Source of the DNA: the human T2T-CHM13v2.0 reference genome, Homo sapiens
Strand: one strand, 5' to 3'
NCBI RefSeq assembly: GCF_009914755.1
Contig: NC_060935.1
Length of the DNA stretch: 64,000 nt
Position numbers and translations under genes: made by a program
Shown: positions 46,585-61,508 of the stretch, one piece after another
How positions within the stretch are numbered: position 1 is the first letter of the stretch
Layout of the letters: each line of letters opens with the position of its first letter
Notes under the pieces: generated by a model
Told to the model about the DNA's origin: nothing
Databases searched by the model: none
What the model saw: only the letters and a program-made list of their open reading frames with translations

Positions 46585-47550
46585 ATGCTAACACTGAATA
46601 AAACAGACCTAATACCAGCTTCATTTATTCTGAATGGAGTCCCAGGACTGGAAGACACACAACTCTGGATTTCCTTCCCATTCTGCTCTATGTATGTTGT
46701 GGCTATGGTAGGGAATTGTGGACTCCTCTACCTCATTCACTATGAGGATGCCCTGCACAAACCCATGTACTACTTCTTGGCCATGCTTTCCTTTACTGAC
46801 CTTGTTATGTGCTCTAGTACAATCCCTAAAGCCCTCTGCATCTTCTGGTTTCATCTCAAGGACATTGGATTTGATGAATGCCTTGTCCAGATGTTCTTCA
46901 TCCACACCTTCACAGGGATGGAGTCTGGGGTGCTTATGCTTATGGCCCTGGATCGCTATGTGGCCATCTGCTACCCCTTACGCTATTCAACTATCCTCAC
47001 CAATCCTGTAATTGCAAAGGTTGGGACTGCCACCTTCCTGAGAGGGGTATTACTCATTATTCCCTTTACTTTCCTCACCAAGCGCCTGCCCTACTGCAGA
47101 GGCAATATACTTCCCCATACCTACTGTGACCACATGTCTGTAGCCAAATTGTCCTGTGGTAATGTCAAGGTCAATGCCATCTATGGTCTGATGGTTGCCC
47201 TCCTGATTGGGGGCTTTGACATACTGTGTATCACCATCTCCTATACCATGATTCTCCGGGCAGTGGTCAGCCTCTCCTCAGCAGATGCTCGGCAGAAGGC
47301 CTTTAATACCTGCACTGCCCACATTTGTGCCATTGTTTTCTCCTATACTCCAGCTTTCTTCTCCTTCTTTTCCCACCGCTTTGGGGAACACATAATCCCC
47401 CCTTCTTGCCACATCATTGTAGCCAATATTTATCTGCTCCTACCACCCACTATGAACCCTATTGTCTATGGGGTGAAAACCAAACAGATACGAGACTGTG
47501 TCATAAGGATCCTTTCAGGTTCTAAGGATACCAAATCCTACAGCATGTGA
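46585..47550 (+). CDS. OR52N4: Olfactory receptor 52N4, intact allele (321 aa)
   Basis: NKT glycosylation site, LHKPMY, MALDRYVAIC, KAFNTCTAH, PPTMNPIVYGVKT; acceptor (T)n-aactctag at 46536. Confidence 0.92.
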   Translation: MLTLNKTDLIPASFILNGVPGLEDTQLWISFPFCSMYVVAMVGNCGLLYLIHYEDALHKPMYYFLAMLSFTDLVMCSSTIPKALCIFWFHLKDIGFDECLVQMFFIHTFTGMESGVLMLMALDRYVAICYPLRYSTILTNPVIAKVGTATFLRGVLLIIPFTFLTKRLPYCRGNILPHTYCDHMSVAKLSCGNVKVNAIYGLMVALLIGGFDILCITISYTMILRAVVSLSSADARQKAFNTCTAHICAIVFSYTPAFFSFFSHRFGEHIIPPSCHIIVANIYLLLPPTMNPIVYGVKTKQIRDCVIRILSGSKDTKSYSM

Positions 47551-49419
47551 ATGAACACTTGCCAGGAGTGAGAAGAGAAGGAAAGAATTACTTCTATTTG
47601 CCTCTTATGCAGGAGTTCATAAAATCTTTCTGGAAGTACTGTATTGATCACAAAATGGAGTTTGTTGACTGGTGCATTCTCAATAAGTACCTTGGGAATC
47701 TCAACATCACTGGAAGGCCCACCAACATTTCTATAAATTTTTTACCTTCTCACTCATGTGAAGGACCAGTCTAATAATTAAACCATATTTTATTCGACAA
47801 AACCTAATGAGTCCATTTTTTATGAAAAGACAAATCTAAGTAGAAGGAGATGATGTGAGTCCTCTTTTCAATGATCACAATTTTCAGATTAATATTTCAG
47901 ATTAATAGCCAGTTATTACTTTTGTCTAGAAAACATGTGCTATATATTTCTCATAACTACCAAAAACCTGTTTCTTCAATGACATTTTCCTGAAGGAGAA
48001 TCTAGAGTATATGCCATAAAGTCTAAAATGAGTTTTAAGTCTCTAAGCATCTAGCTAAAATATTATTAGGCTGAATAGGTCACATAATTATTTCACAACA
48101 GAATAATTGGATATTTCGTTTTCTTTAAAGGGGCTTTTTAAAAAGCACAGAGCCTGGAAAGAGAGGTAGAGATCTTAACCAAAAATAAAAAACAGTATAA
48201 TTTTTTTCTAAGACCTGTATGAAAGGGGATCAAAATCTACTTGTTTCATTTTATCTCTAATTGTGAATCTAATAAGGAAAATTAGGTATATATTTCTAAT
48301 ATTTAAGATTTATCTAAATTAAAAAACAAGTGAGAAACTATAGAACATAGTACTTTCATATTAATGTCTCATAAACTAAGCCAATTATATAAGGAATATA
48401 AACTCAACTTTTACTGTTATTTTTCTGTGTCCAACTGACAAGAAAACATGTACTTCCCTGAAATTTAGTTAACTATAGTCGTCAAATTGCATTTATTCAC
48501 TTAGTGAATCCTTCTTGACTATGTTGCATTTTACAAGCTGGCCAAACAGCAGTACCCACTAAAATATTATTATCCTCCATGTATCGCCCTATTTCAATAT
48601 TTGCTACCCTAAAGCTAAAAGTCGTCAGTATTCTCTTTACTTCCTCAACCTGACATCACTCTTCTAGTTTGTCTTTCTCTTATCCCAGTTGTTATCTGAA
48701 ATTGCTATTGTCAACTTCACCAATGCTTTTCCATGTTAACAAACTAAATAGTCCTCCTTCTTTGCTCATCTCACACTCTCTCAGGAATATTGATTTCAAC
48801 TCAGTATTTCCAATATCTTGAAACACTATATCATTTTTATTTACTTCAGAGACACTACATATTTCATTTATGTAATACACTTTGTTTAACTTTGATTTGT
48901 TTTCTACATTCTCTTCCTAGGTGTTCTCCTTTAGTGTCATGGTCTTAAGTATTGGCTATAAAACTAATGATTCCCCAAAGGAAGCTAAGGTTCAGAGAAC
49001 TGTTTTCCACGTACTTATTCTTCATGGCATACTATCTTTCTTAGACAGGTCAATATCTCCTTTTTCCCCCTGCATTCTCCAGGTCTACTCCAATTTTCCA
49101 TGTCCTGCTCCTCCAGTTTATCTCCCAGTGATTTTGGCATAACGTTTGCTATATTTTAGTTTCCTTAAAAATAGATGTTATTATTCAGTGATTTTATGTG
49201 TTTTAATTTAAATACATTTTATTGTGCTAAACAACTTAATCTGCTAATTTCTCACTCAATACTTTAAGATGTATTTATCTTAAATATTTATCTTGGAACA
49301 TGTATTTATATTTTATACTTGTCAATGTAATGTATATTACTTATTTCAAAATTGTTAAGTTGGCTAGATACAGTTTTGATAAAAAATTTGCATCTACTAA
49401 CTTCACAACACACAAAAAT

Positions 49420-51835
<2,416 letters not shown>

Positions 51836-51909
51836 TTTCTCACAATACAGTCATCTGTCTGATTCATTTAGAGATATGAAAAAGCCTCGGAATTGTGTAG
51901 ATAGGATCA

Positions 51910-52130
51910 ATGGGAGTGTGAGAATTCCAAGTTCAGCTATAACATGTACTGTGTGATATCAGGCAAGTTTCTTAAAATTTATGTGCATCAGTTCCTTTAT
52001 CTATAAGATGTAAAGATACTGGTGCCTAACACAATGGAGGTTATTATGAATGATAATTTTTAAAATATGTAAGACACAAGGAATGATTTCTGTCATATAA
52101 GAAGTACTATATAAGTGTTTGCTATTTTTG
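51910..52130 (+). mobile_element. MIR
   Basis: aggcaagtttcttaaaatttatgtgcatcagttcctttatctataagatg core-like sequence. Confidence 0.6.
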
Positions 52131-55082
52131 TTATGAAATAGATAAAGTAGTTCTGAATCTAGCTTGCATTAAGGGAAAGTTTTCTGTTAATTGTGTGACA
52201 TGGTTGGGGAAGGCGTGCTGTGTACACTATGCATATGCATTGATAAGCTTAGACTATGGAATATTATAAAATCATATGGATTTCTTATTTGCATATGTTT
52301 GTGTGAGGTTAGAAGAGGGGATAGGTAGGATGGAGTTGACAAATTGAATTCTTCTGCAAACTATTTCTAGGGTTACCCAGAGAGAATCAGGCTATTCTAC
52401 AAGCTATCAGAGAGCTAAGCACCTCATCTTCCCTTCCTTTTGTGTAATGAAGCTCAGACTACCTAAGCTGAATACAAGAGGATGCAAGAATTTTAAGCCT
52501 CTATCCTATGGTTGTTCATCAATTACTTAATATTATTTGACCTCTAGATCTCACTACCTGAATTATTTTTGGAGTGCTTTCCTCAATATTGTACAAGTCC
52601 TAGAGATACAAATTGACAGAAAATCCCTCTGAAATTTCTGTATGTATAAAACTTAAAAATGTAGGAAGAGGTTTTGTATTGTGCTTTTCCTTAAAAAAAA
52701 AAAAAAAAAAAAAACTTTCCCAAAGCCTTCCTCAAAGAGAAAATTATCATAAAATTTAGATATTTAACCCTTTTATGCCTATATTTAATAAAAGCTAGCT
52801 CTACCATACCCAAATTAAGATTTTTAGCAAAATGATGTGACTTGTTCCTAATTACATCCACGCCCTAGATTTGACTTGCTTCAGGCTAATTGGGTTTTAC
52901 AACCCTAGGGAATAGACTTTTCCTCCACTTAAGCAGGTCCCTGAGTTTCTCTGCACTGGTCATAATATCCTAGTCCATCTTCAGTGGCTGTAAACCAGCT
53001 CTGGGTATACTGAAGATCACTACATATGACAAGTCTTTGACAGGACGCCACAGTAAGTACATAGCTGGGGCCAGAGTCAGTCTTTTTAATCTTCGCGGAG
53101 ATTTGGGAATGCCATATAGAAGAGTAAGCCTCAGCTATGATGGAGGCATCTACATAATGCTTCTTTAATGACTGTGTAGAAACCATGAAATACACTTCAT
53201 GTCAAATTAATCTGAATATTGGAAAACTTTATGGAACCTAATACAACAAAATGTTAGATATTTCATAACCACTATGTCTTAATATGTAAAAATAAAAGTA
53301 TATTACCACCAGCATTTTTAGAATGATATTTCTTGTTTATTGTTTTGGCATTTTTTATTTTATTAGATACTTTGGAGCTTTGTAATTCTTCACAAAATTT
53401 TTTCAAGCTCAATATTTAGCTTGTGTATTAGACACTGTAACTCTCCAGCTCCCTTGAGTTTTTATGCATATTCCTGCACATGTCTTTCTTAGCTTGCTGA
53501 CACATAATACCTGGTACCAGTTTCATGGTATTAGGCATCAAAGGCCCTCATTTAAATTTACCACATAAATATTAATTATCCCATCTTGCAAGAATTTTAA
53601 TTAGGCATTTTAATAGAATTCTTAACACACTCCAGAATCTAGAAATGAATTATTATATTTCATAGAATAGAATCAAGAATCCTAGAGGCTAAGACTTTTG
53701 TTGAAGTTCATAGGGCCACACAGAATTTCATTTTCACCCAAAGTATTAGAATTTTTGCTGAACTGTGAGAATAATATATTTACATGTGTGTCTTTCAATT
53801 GGAAGTACTAGAATTGGAAAGACAGAGTCTCACATACACCTGCCAAGAAGTAATATTAATGTTTAGCAATCATCAATATATAAATATAATCCATTGTAAG
53901 AATAAATTGTACAGTTTTCTTCCAAGCAGTTTTTCATTATAAAAGATTTATCTTAAATTTTCCTGGTATTTCAAGCTAGATCATTGTATTTTCTAAGACA
54001 GATGCCACATGTATTTTTTTTTTCTTTACTAATCTATTGAACAGTGGACCCTTACTTCATTGAAGAAAAATAATTGATTTACTATACTCTCTAGCAATTT
54101 AAACAATTCTTCTCTGGAGGCCATGTCCAATACTATTTTATATTTGATTCATTTATCGTTTAATGCCCTTGCTAAATTTTTCTAAATATATGAATGTCAT
54201 TTGTTTTTTATGGCTTTCGATAATTTTGCATGTTGTTTTATGAAATTTATGATATTCTTTGTTACTTCTCACTCATTACCCAAAGCATCACTGATATTCA
54301 TGCATCTTCTTTATGTATTTATGATCGGTAATCTCTTATTTTTTGCAAGAGATTTACATTTAACTCCTTTGGTACAAATATACAGTTATATAGAATAAAT
54401 AAAACCTAGTATCTGATAGATCAGTAGACTGACTAAAGTTAACAATAATCTATTGTACATTTCAAAATAACTGGAAGAGAATAATTTAAATGTTCCTAGC
54501 ATCAAAGTATCACATGTACACTGAACATATGTACATTTATGTATTAATAAAAAAAGACAAAAACAAATAATTCAAGAAAAAATCTATATCACTGCCAGTT
54601 TTTGTTTACGTATTTATTTAAAGAAATATATTTAAATATACTTTACCATAACCATACTTTGTCATTTTCTACTAGAATTTCAAGTTTAGGTTATGTGTTT
54701 GGGATCAGGCTAGTCACAAATACTATATTATCCTGTTAATGTTTATTATAATGTTATTATCATTTCACAATTATTATTTTAACTGAATTACTAATTTTAT
54801 ATATGACATTGTTACATTGGTTTTCTTATCTAAGAATACCCGATTTATTCTGCTTTCAAATTTTGTATTAAAGTTTCTTTCAAAAATAGTACAGTTTTAA
54901 AAAATGTAACCTGAGTCTCTTTTTTAATTAGCAATTATAATCTATAAGAATCAGTATGTTTACAGATGCATATGAATTACCTCTTTCATGTTTTATAATA
55001 TGTATAATTTTATTTTTAGTTTTCATCTTGTCTTGATGAGATATCCGCTATACTCTTCTACCCCTTGATTGTTTCAACATGA

Positions 55083-55535
<453 letters not shown>

Positions 55536-56909
55536 TAAATTGAGTGCTTATTAAGTGTCTGTCTCTTGGGGAAAAACAGTGACATAAATAACAAATATCC
55601 CACGCCTTTAGGTTTCTATGGGAGATACGTATATGAACTCAATGACCTACACACTGATATATATTTTTCCTTCTTTGGGCAGTTAGACACAATACAGTAT
55701 TCCCCAAGCCACATTTTAATTAAGCATTAAAATTTGTAGAAACAATTTCATCAATTAACCTTATTTTGTTACAAGTAGTATAAGATGTTATTACCTAAAG
55801 TGAATATATCGACCAAGTCAACATAACATTGCCTCCTCTGTAGACTCTATAATTTTAGCGCACAAATTTTAAAAATAATTTTTTGCCTTTATATTGTATC
55901 CTTAATATTTTAAATACTTAAAATGAAAGAAGAAATAAATAGTGCAGAGTAGCACAAGTAAAACATTTCATGAAAATTTGTTCTGAATATTTTAATTCAA
56001 ATATTAACAAAAGAATATAGAAAGGAGGTGTCAGATACAGAGAGATTAGATATTAGGAGGCCTTATGCCAAAGCATTGCTCTCAAAATCACTGATTTGCG
56101 TGCATGTCTATGTTTGTGTGTGCACGTGCGTGCATGTTTTTAACTTCTACGCCAGTCATCATGGCCATATGGCCATTAGAATACTCCAAAAACCAAAAAT
56201 ATACGCAAGTAGAAATAAGTAACACAAAACTACAACCAACTGAATTTACAGAACACTGGTATTTCCAAACCACATTAAACTCTTTCATATTTGCATGAAT
56301 TTATACACGTTATTAGAATGCTTACACATCAATTACATGACTATAAAATGGGTATACTAACTTAGCTCATACATTTTAATAAAAAGTAAATAATATACAT
56401 CAATACTTCATAAATGTTTAAGTACGTGAACAAAAAATAGTTCACTTCTATATACTCTATCATCAAATATCTTACCTAAAAGGCCTCCATGCATAAAAAA
56501 CCACTACTCTGAGTTTATACATTAGGTCTCTAAAGAAACCAACTCGTTAACAAAGACAAACTTAGGAAACCGGGCTGCAATACCAGATCACTTTCAACTT
56601 GTCCTGCTCCTGTGACTTACTGTAAGGAAGCTCTTAAACAAGGTCCTGATTTTATAATGTCGTATACCTTAGATATGAGAAAATGGAAAAAATATGACCT
56701 ACCTTATAGAGTATTACAGATGATTAACTGAGTTATCACAGAGAATGCACCTAATATCACATAGGATAATACATGTCCAATAGATGTAAGTGACAACATG
56801 AGATTAACGAGGCTGAGTCACACCTCAATATCATGATGCTAGGTAATTATTTTCTCAATACTTCCATAGAGATTATTAGAAATACTAATATCAAATATTT
56901 TTCCCCTTA

Positions 56910-57860
56910 GTGGTGCTCCAGGAGCTCAGAGATTCCAACAGCTCTAAGTTCCAGGTCTCTGAGTTTATCCTGATGGGATTCCCTGGCATTCACAGTTGGC
57001 AGCACTGGCTCTCCCTGCCCCTGGCTCTGCTCTACCTCTTAGCTCTCAGTGCCAACATCCTTATCCTGATCATCATCAACAAAGAGGCAGCACTGCACCA
57101 GCCTATGTACTATTTCCTGGGCATCTTGGCTATGGCAGACATAGGCCTGGCTACCACCATCATGCCTAAGATTTTGGCCATCTTATGGTTCAATGCTAAG
57201 ACCATCAGTCTCCTGGAGTGCTTTGCTCAGATGTATGCCATACATTGCTTTGTGGCCATGGAATCAAGTACCTTTGTCTGCATGGCTATTGATAGATATG
57301 TAGCCATTTGTCGACCGCTACGATATCCATCAATCATCACTGAATCTTTTGTTTTCAAAGCAAATGGGTTCATGGCACTGAGAAACAGCCTGTGTCTCAT
57401 CTCAGTGCCTCTGTTGGCTGCCCAGAGGCATTACTGCTCCCAGAATCAAATTGAGCACTGTCTTTGTTCTAACCTTGGAGTCACTAGCCTATCTTGTGAT
57501 GATCGAAGAATCAATAGCATTAACCAGGTCCTTTTGGCTTGGACACTCATGGGAAGTGACCTGGGTTTGATTATTTTATCATATGCTCTAATACTTTACT
57601 CTGTCCTGAAGCTGAACTCTCCAGAAGCTGCATCCAAGGCCTTAAGTACCTGCACCTCCCACCTCATCTTAATCCTTTTCTTCTACACAGTCATCATTGT
57701 GATTTCCATTACTCGTAGTACAGGAATGAGAGTTCCCCTTATTCCAGTTCTACTTAATGTGCTACACAATGTCATTCCCCCTGCCCTGAACCCCATGGTA
57801 TATGCACTCAAGAACAAGGAACTCAGGCAAGGCTTATACAAGGTACTTAGACTGGAGTGA
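56910..57860 (+). pseudogene. OR56B2P: OR56B paralogue (OR56B2P): open 7TM frame with no N-terminal ATG in this exon
   Basis: Closely similar to OR56B1; starts at GTG, in-frame TAA at 56886-56888, first ATG at residue 22 (56973); may be coding through splicing (see findings). Confidence 0.8.
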
Positions 57861-58429
57861 AGGGCACCTGATATGGAAAATATATTCATTTTTTGAAAAT
57901 TTTCTTCACATGTTTTTATATCATATTCTCCAACTGCTGCAAATGGCAGAACAACAAAGAAATAGCATAATGAATTGGTGGCAACAACTGACACTTTAGA
58001 ACAAAGGAGATAGAAGTAATATTTGAAATATTTGGGAGTCAAGCAAAAATCTTCATCACAAAGGGTAACAGTGATGCTATTTGTCTCAAGGAATTCAAAG
58101 AAAAGACTAATGTAATCTACATTTCATGTTCTTACCCACTTGTCTTAGCTAAAACTTCCAGACAGTGTTGAATAGAAGTAGTTAGAGCAGATATTGTGTC
58201 AATCTATTCCTTTTAATTGAAGAGCTTAATATTTTACATTTGATGTAATAATTGATAAAATAGGAGATACTTCTGCATTTTCATGATTTGCTTTATTATG
58301 TGTCTTATATTTTTAATTTGCAAAGGACTTGAATAGACATTTCTCTAAGATTATATGCAAATGTCCAAAAAATACATGAAAAGATGCTCAACATAACTAG
58401 TCATTAATCATTAGGCAAATTCAATCAAA

Positions 58430-58506
58430 ACCACAATAACACACCCCTTTACCCCCTATATTATACAACACCACAATAACACACCCCTTTACCCCCATAT
58501 TATACA
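58430..58506. repeat. About 40-bp tandem duplication within L1M
   Basis: ccacaataacacacccctttaccccc at 58431 and 58471. Confidence 0.9.
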
Positions 58507-58795
58507 TATAAATGTACTGCAAATTTATTTTTTTGCAATAAGAGATTAGTGTTTGCAAGTATATGGATACACTGAAATCTCAATACATTGTTGGGAAGTA
58601 AAAATGGCACAGTGGCTGTGGAAGAGTTTGGCAATTACTAAGAAACTTCAGTGCCATTAACATATGACCCAGGACCCAACTTTTAATAATACACCCAACA
58701 TAATTGAAAAAAATGTTAATACAAAAACCTGTACACAAATGTTTACAGTAGCATTATTAGCCAAAAAGTAGAAACAACCTATATATCTATAAGCT

Positions 58796-59237
58796 GTGTC
58801 TTGTTCTGTTTTGTGTTGTTACAACAGAATACCTAATACTGAGTTAGAAATATAGGTTTATTTAGCTCATAGTTCTGCAGGCAGGGTACTTCAAGGACAT
58901 GTCCCTGGCTTCACCTGAGGACTTTGGTGTTGCCTCATAACATGGCAGACAAGGTCAAAGGGAAAACAGACATGTGCAAAGAGACAAAACCCAACGGGCT
59001 TCCCAGCTTTATAACAACTCACTGTCATGACAAATCCATCTCCCAGAGAACTGATCCAGTTATGTAACAGAGAAAACTCAGTAACTGCCACAAGAATAGC
59101 ACCAAGTCATTCATGAGGAATCCATCCCCAGGACCCAAACATCTCTTACTGGGCCCCACTTCCCAATACCACTACAGTGGGGATCAAATTTCAACCTGAT
59201 TTTTGGTGGAGACAAGCAAACCCTATCCACACCATAG
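58796..59237 (-). mobile_element. MaLR LTR (MST-like) inside L1M fragments (about 58130-59850)
   Basis: tgtcttgttctgttttgtgttgttacaacagaatacc...ggggatcaaatttcaac...accatagca. Confidence 0.8.
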
Positions 59238-59849
59238 CAGCTACTGAATGGATAAACAAAATTAAGTGTATCTATACTAGGAATTATTATTTAATAAAAA
59301 GTACCTATATGAGATGATAGATATACTAATCAGCTTCACTATAATAATTATTTTGCTGTCTCTATCCCATAATTTCATGCTGTAAATCTCAAATATATAT
59401 AGAATAAAACTTATCTTACAAAAATTCAACTTGATTGAATTAAAAATTGCTAAATTTAACAAAATGACATGGAAAATTTTGTATAGTAAAGAGGAAAAAT
59501 ATAAAAAGAATAAATTCTCCCAACAACAAACAAACAAAAGTAAATGAAGTACTCGTACAATCTGCAGCATACATGAACTTTGAAAACATTATGCTTAGGT
59601 TAGTGAAGAAAGCCAAACACAAAAGGCCACCTAGTATCTGATTCCATTTGTATGAATATCCAGAATAGGTTAAGTCTATAGAAAAAAAAAGCAAATTAGT
59701 TGTTAGTAGGGAATGGAGACTCCAGGCAATAATGAGAGACTAACTAATAGTTATGAAGTTTCCTTTTGAGGTAATGGAAATATTGTGAAATTAGATAGTG
59801 GCAATGGTTGCACAGCATAATGAATGTAGTGAAAGTCACCCAATTGTAT

Positions 59850-60485
59850 GTTTTCTTTTTTCATTTTATATAAAATTAAGGGGTACAACTGCTTTTTGAT
59901 ACATGGATGTATATCCATGTATAGCCTGGCTGTGGTGAAGTCTGGGCTTGTAGTGTACCCACCATAGTGGGTACCACCAGCATAGTGTATATTGTACCTA
60001 CTAAGGAATTTCTCATTCCTCATTCCCCTTCCATCTGCCCATCCCCCAAATCTCCAATATTTATCTATTTCACACTCTATGCCTATGTGTACACATTAGG
60101 TAGTTCCCACTTAAAAGTGAGAACATGTGGTATTTGCTTTTCTGTTTCTGAGATATTTCACTTAAAATAATGGCCTCATAATCTATGCACGTTGCTGCAA
60201 AAAACATTATTTCATTTGTTTTCTTGACTGAGGAGTATTCCATTGTATATCATACCACATTTTTTTTATCCAGTCATCTGTTGATGGACACAGGTTGATT
60301 CCGTATCTTTCCCTGTGATAAACATACTAGTGCCAATATTTTTAAGTGTAATTATTTTAAATGCAATTATCTTCTTTTGGGTAGATACCTAGGATTGGCA
60401 TTGCTGGATGGAATGGTAGTTCTAGTTTTAGTTTCTTGAATATTTCCGTACTGTTTTCCATAGAGGTCGTACTAATTTACATTCA
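59850..60485 (-). mobile_element. L1PB/L1MA 3' fragment
   Basis: gggtacaactgctttttgatacatgg...ttccatagaggtcgtactaatttacattc. Confidence 0.8.
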
Positions 60486-61480
60486 ATATAAAACAATATA
60501 AAAAACTGCAAAAATTATTCTCTACATGTATATTTGTTATATAACTTTCTGTAAATTAAAAGAACATAGATGTCTGAGAACAGGAAAATACTTAAGGAAG
60601 TGTGTAAAACACATAATGTGCCTTTATTTAATCATAATACTGAACAATCCTTTTTTGAATGTGCTTAATATAAACATTAACTGAAAATGATAGAATTTTT
60701 GTTTAAAATTTGATGTTATCCAAACGTTTGTCAAAAGTATATATAGAAATTGTATATAAAAGAAAAAGTATCAGAAGTTACCTCTACATTATAGAATTAG
60801 GTTCTAATTATCTCTGTGATGTCCTCATTTTTATTTTTACACTTAATAAAAACAAACATTTTTCTTCTAAATAAAAATACATAAAATTAGATTAATTATT
60901 GTCTTTTATTATTGCGTTTATTTGCATCACTATTATTATCTCAAAATTAAGGCATCTATTTATTGCTAGTTTAATATTTATATGTAATAAGTCTGAACTT
61001 TTGATTAATTTTTACAATTCCATAATATTCATCACCAATCTTCCTTGGAAATAAATTGCTTGAAAACCAAGGCCCATGTTTTCTGATGCTTTTTTCAAAG
61101 TTCCTAGACTAACTCTGAGAGTATGAAGCACTCAATGATGTTACTTAATACATGAAAACATAAAAAAAGGAAGATGCAAAGTTGTCTGTGTGAGCAATTA
61201 ACACATTCTGTGCTTGCTTCCAATTTGTATGCCACAAGGCCTTAAGCAAAAAGAAACAACTCTGCAATCTTATTAATAACATAATTTTTAAAATAAAAAC
61301 ATCCTGTGTTCTTTCTCGCTTCCCCCCACATATACATGGCCACACATAAGCACATGTACAGATACATTCATAGGAAAGTATTCACTAGTTACTTATGAGG
61401 CATCATATAGGTGATGAGCATGGAGTGTTTCCACCCTTTCATCTCCTGTGAGCGTTGTCTTAATTCCAACACTGTGACCC

Positions 61481-61508
61481 TAATTATATGAAATATCCCC
61501 TTGGGACA
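61481..61508. promoter_or_regulatory. Homeodomain (TAATTA) plus O/E site, copy 2 of duplicated module
   Basis: taattatatgaaatatccccttgggaca. Confidence 0.5.

Noticed and set aside
59626-59640. gccacctagt as a CTCF motif
   Set aside because: Only part of the core, and inside an L1 relic
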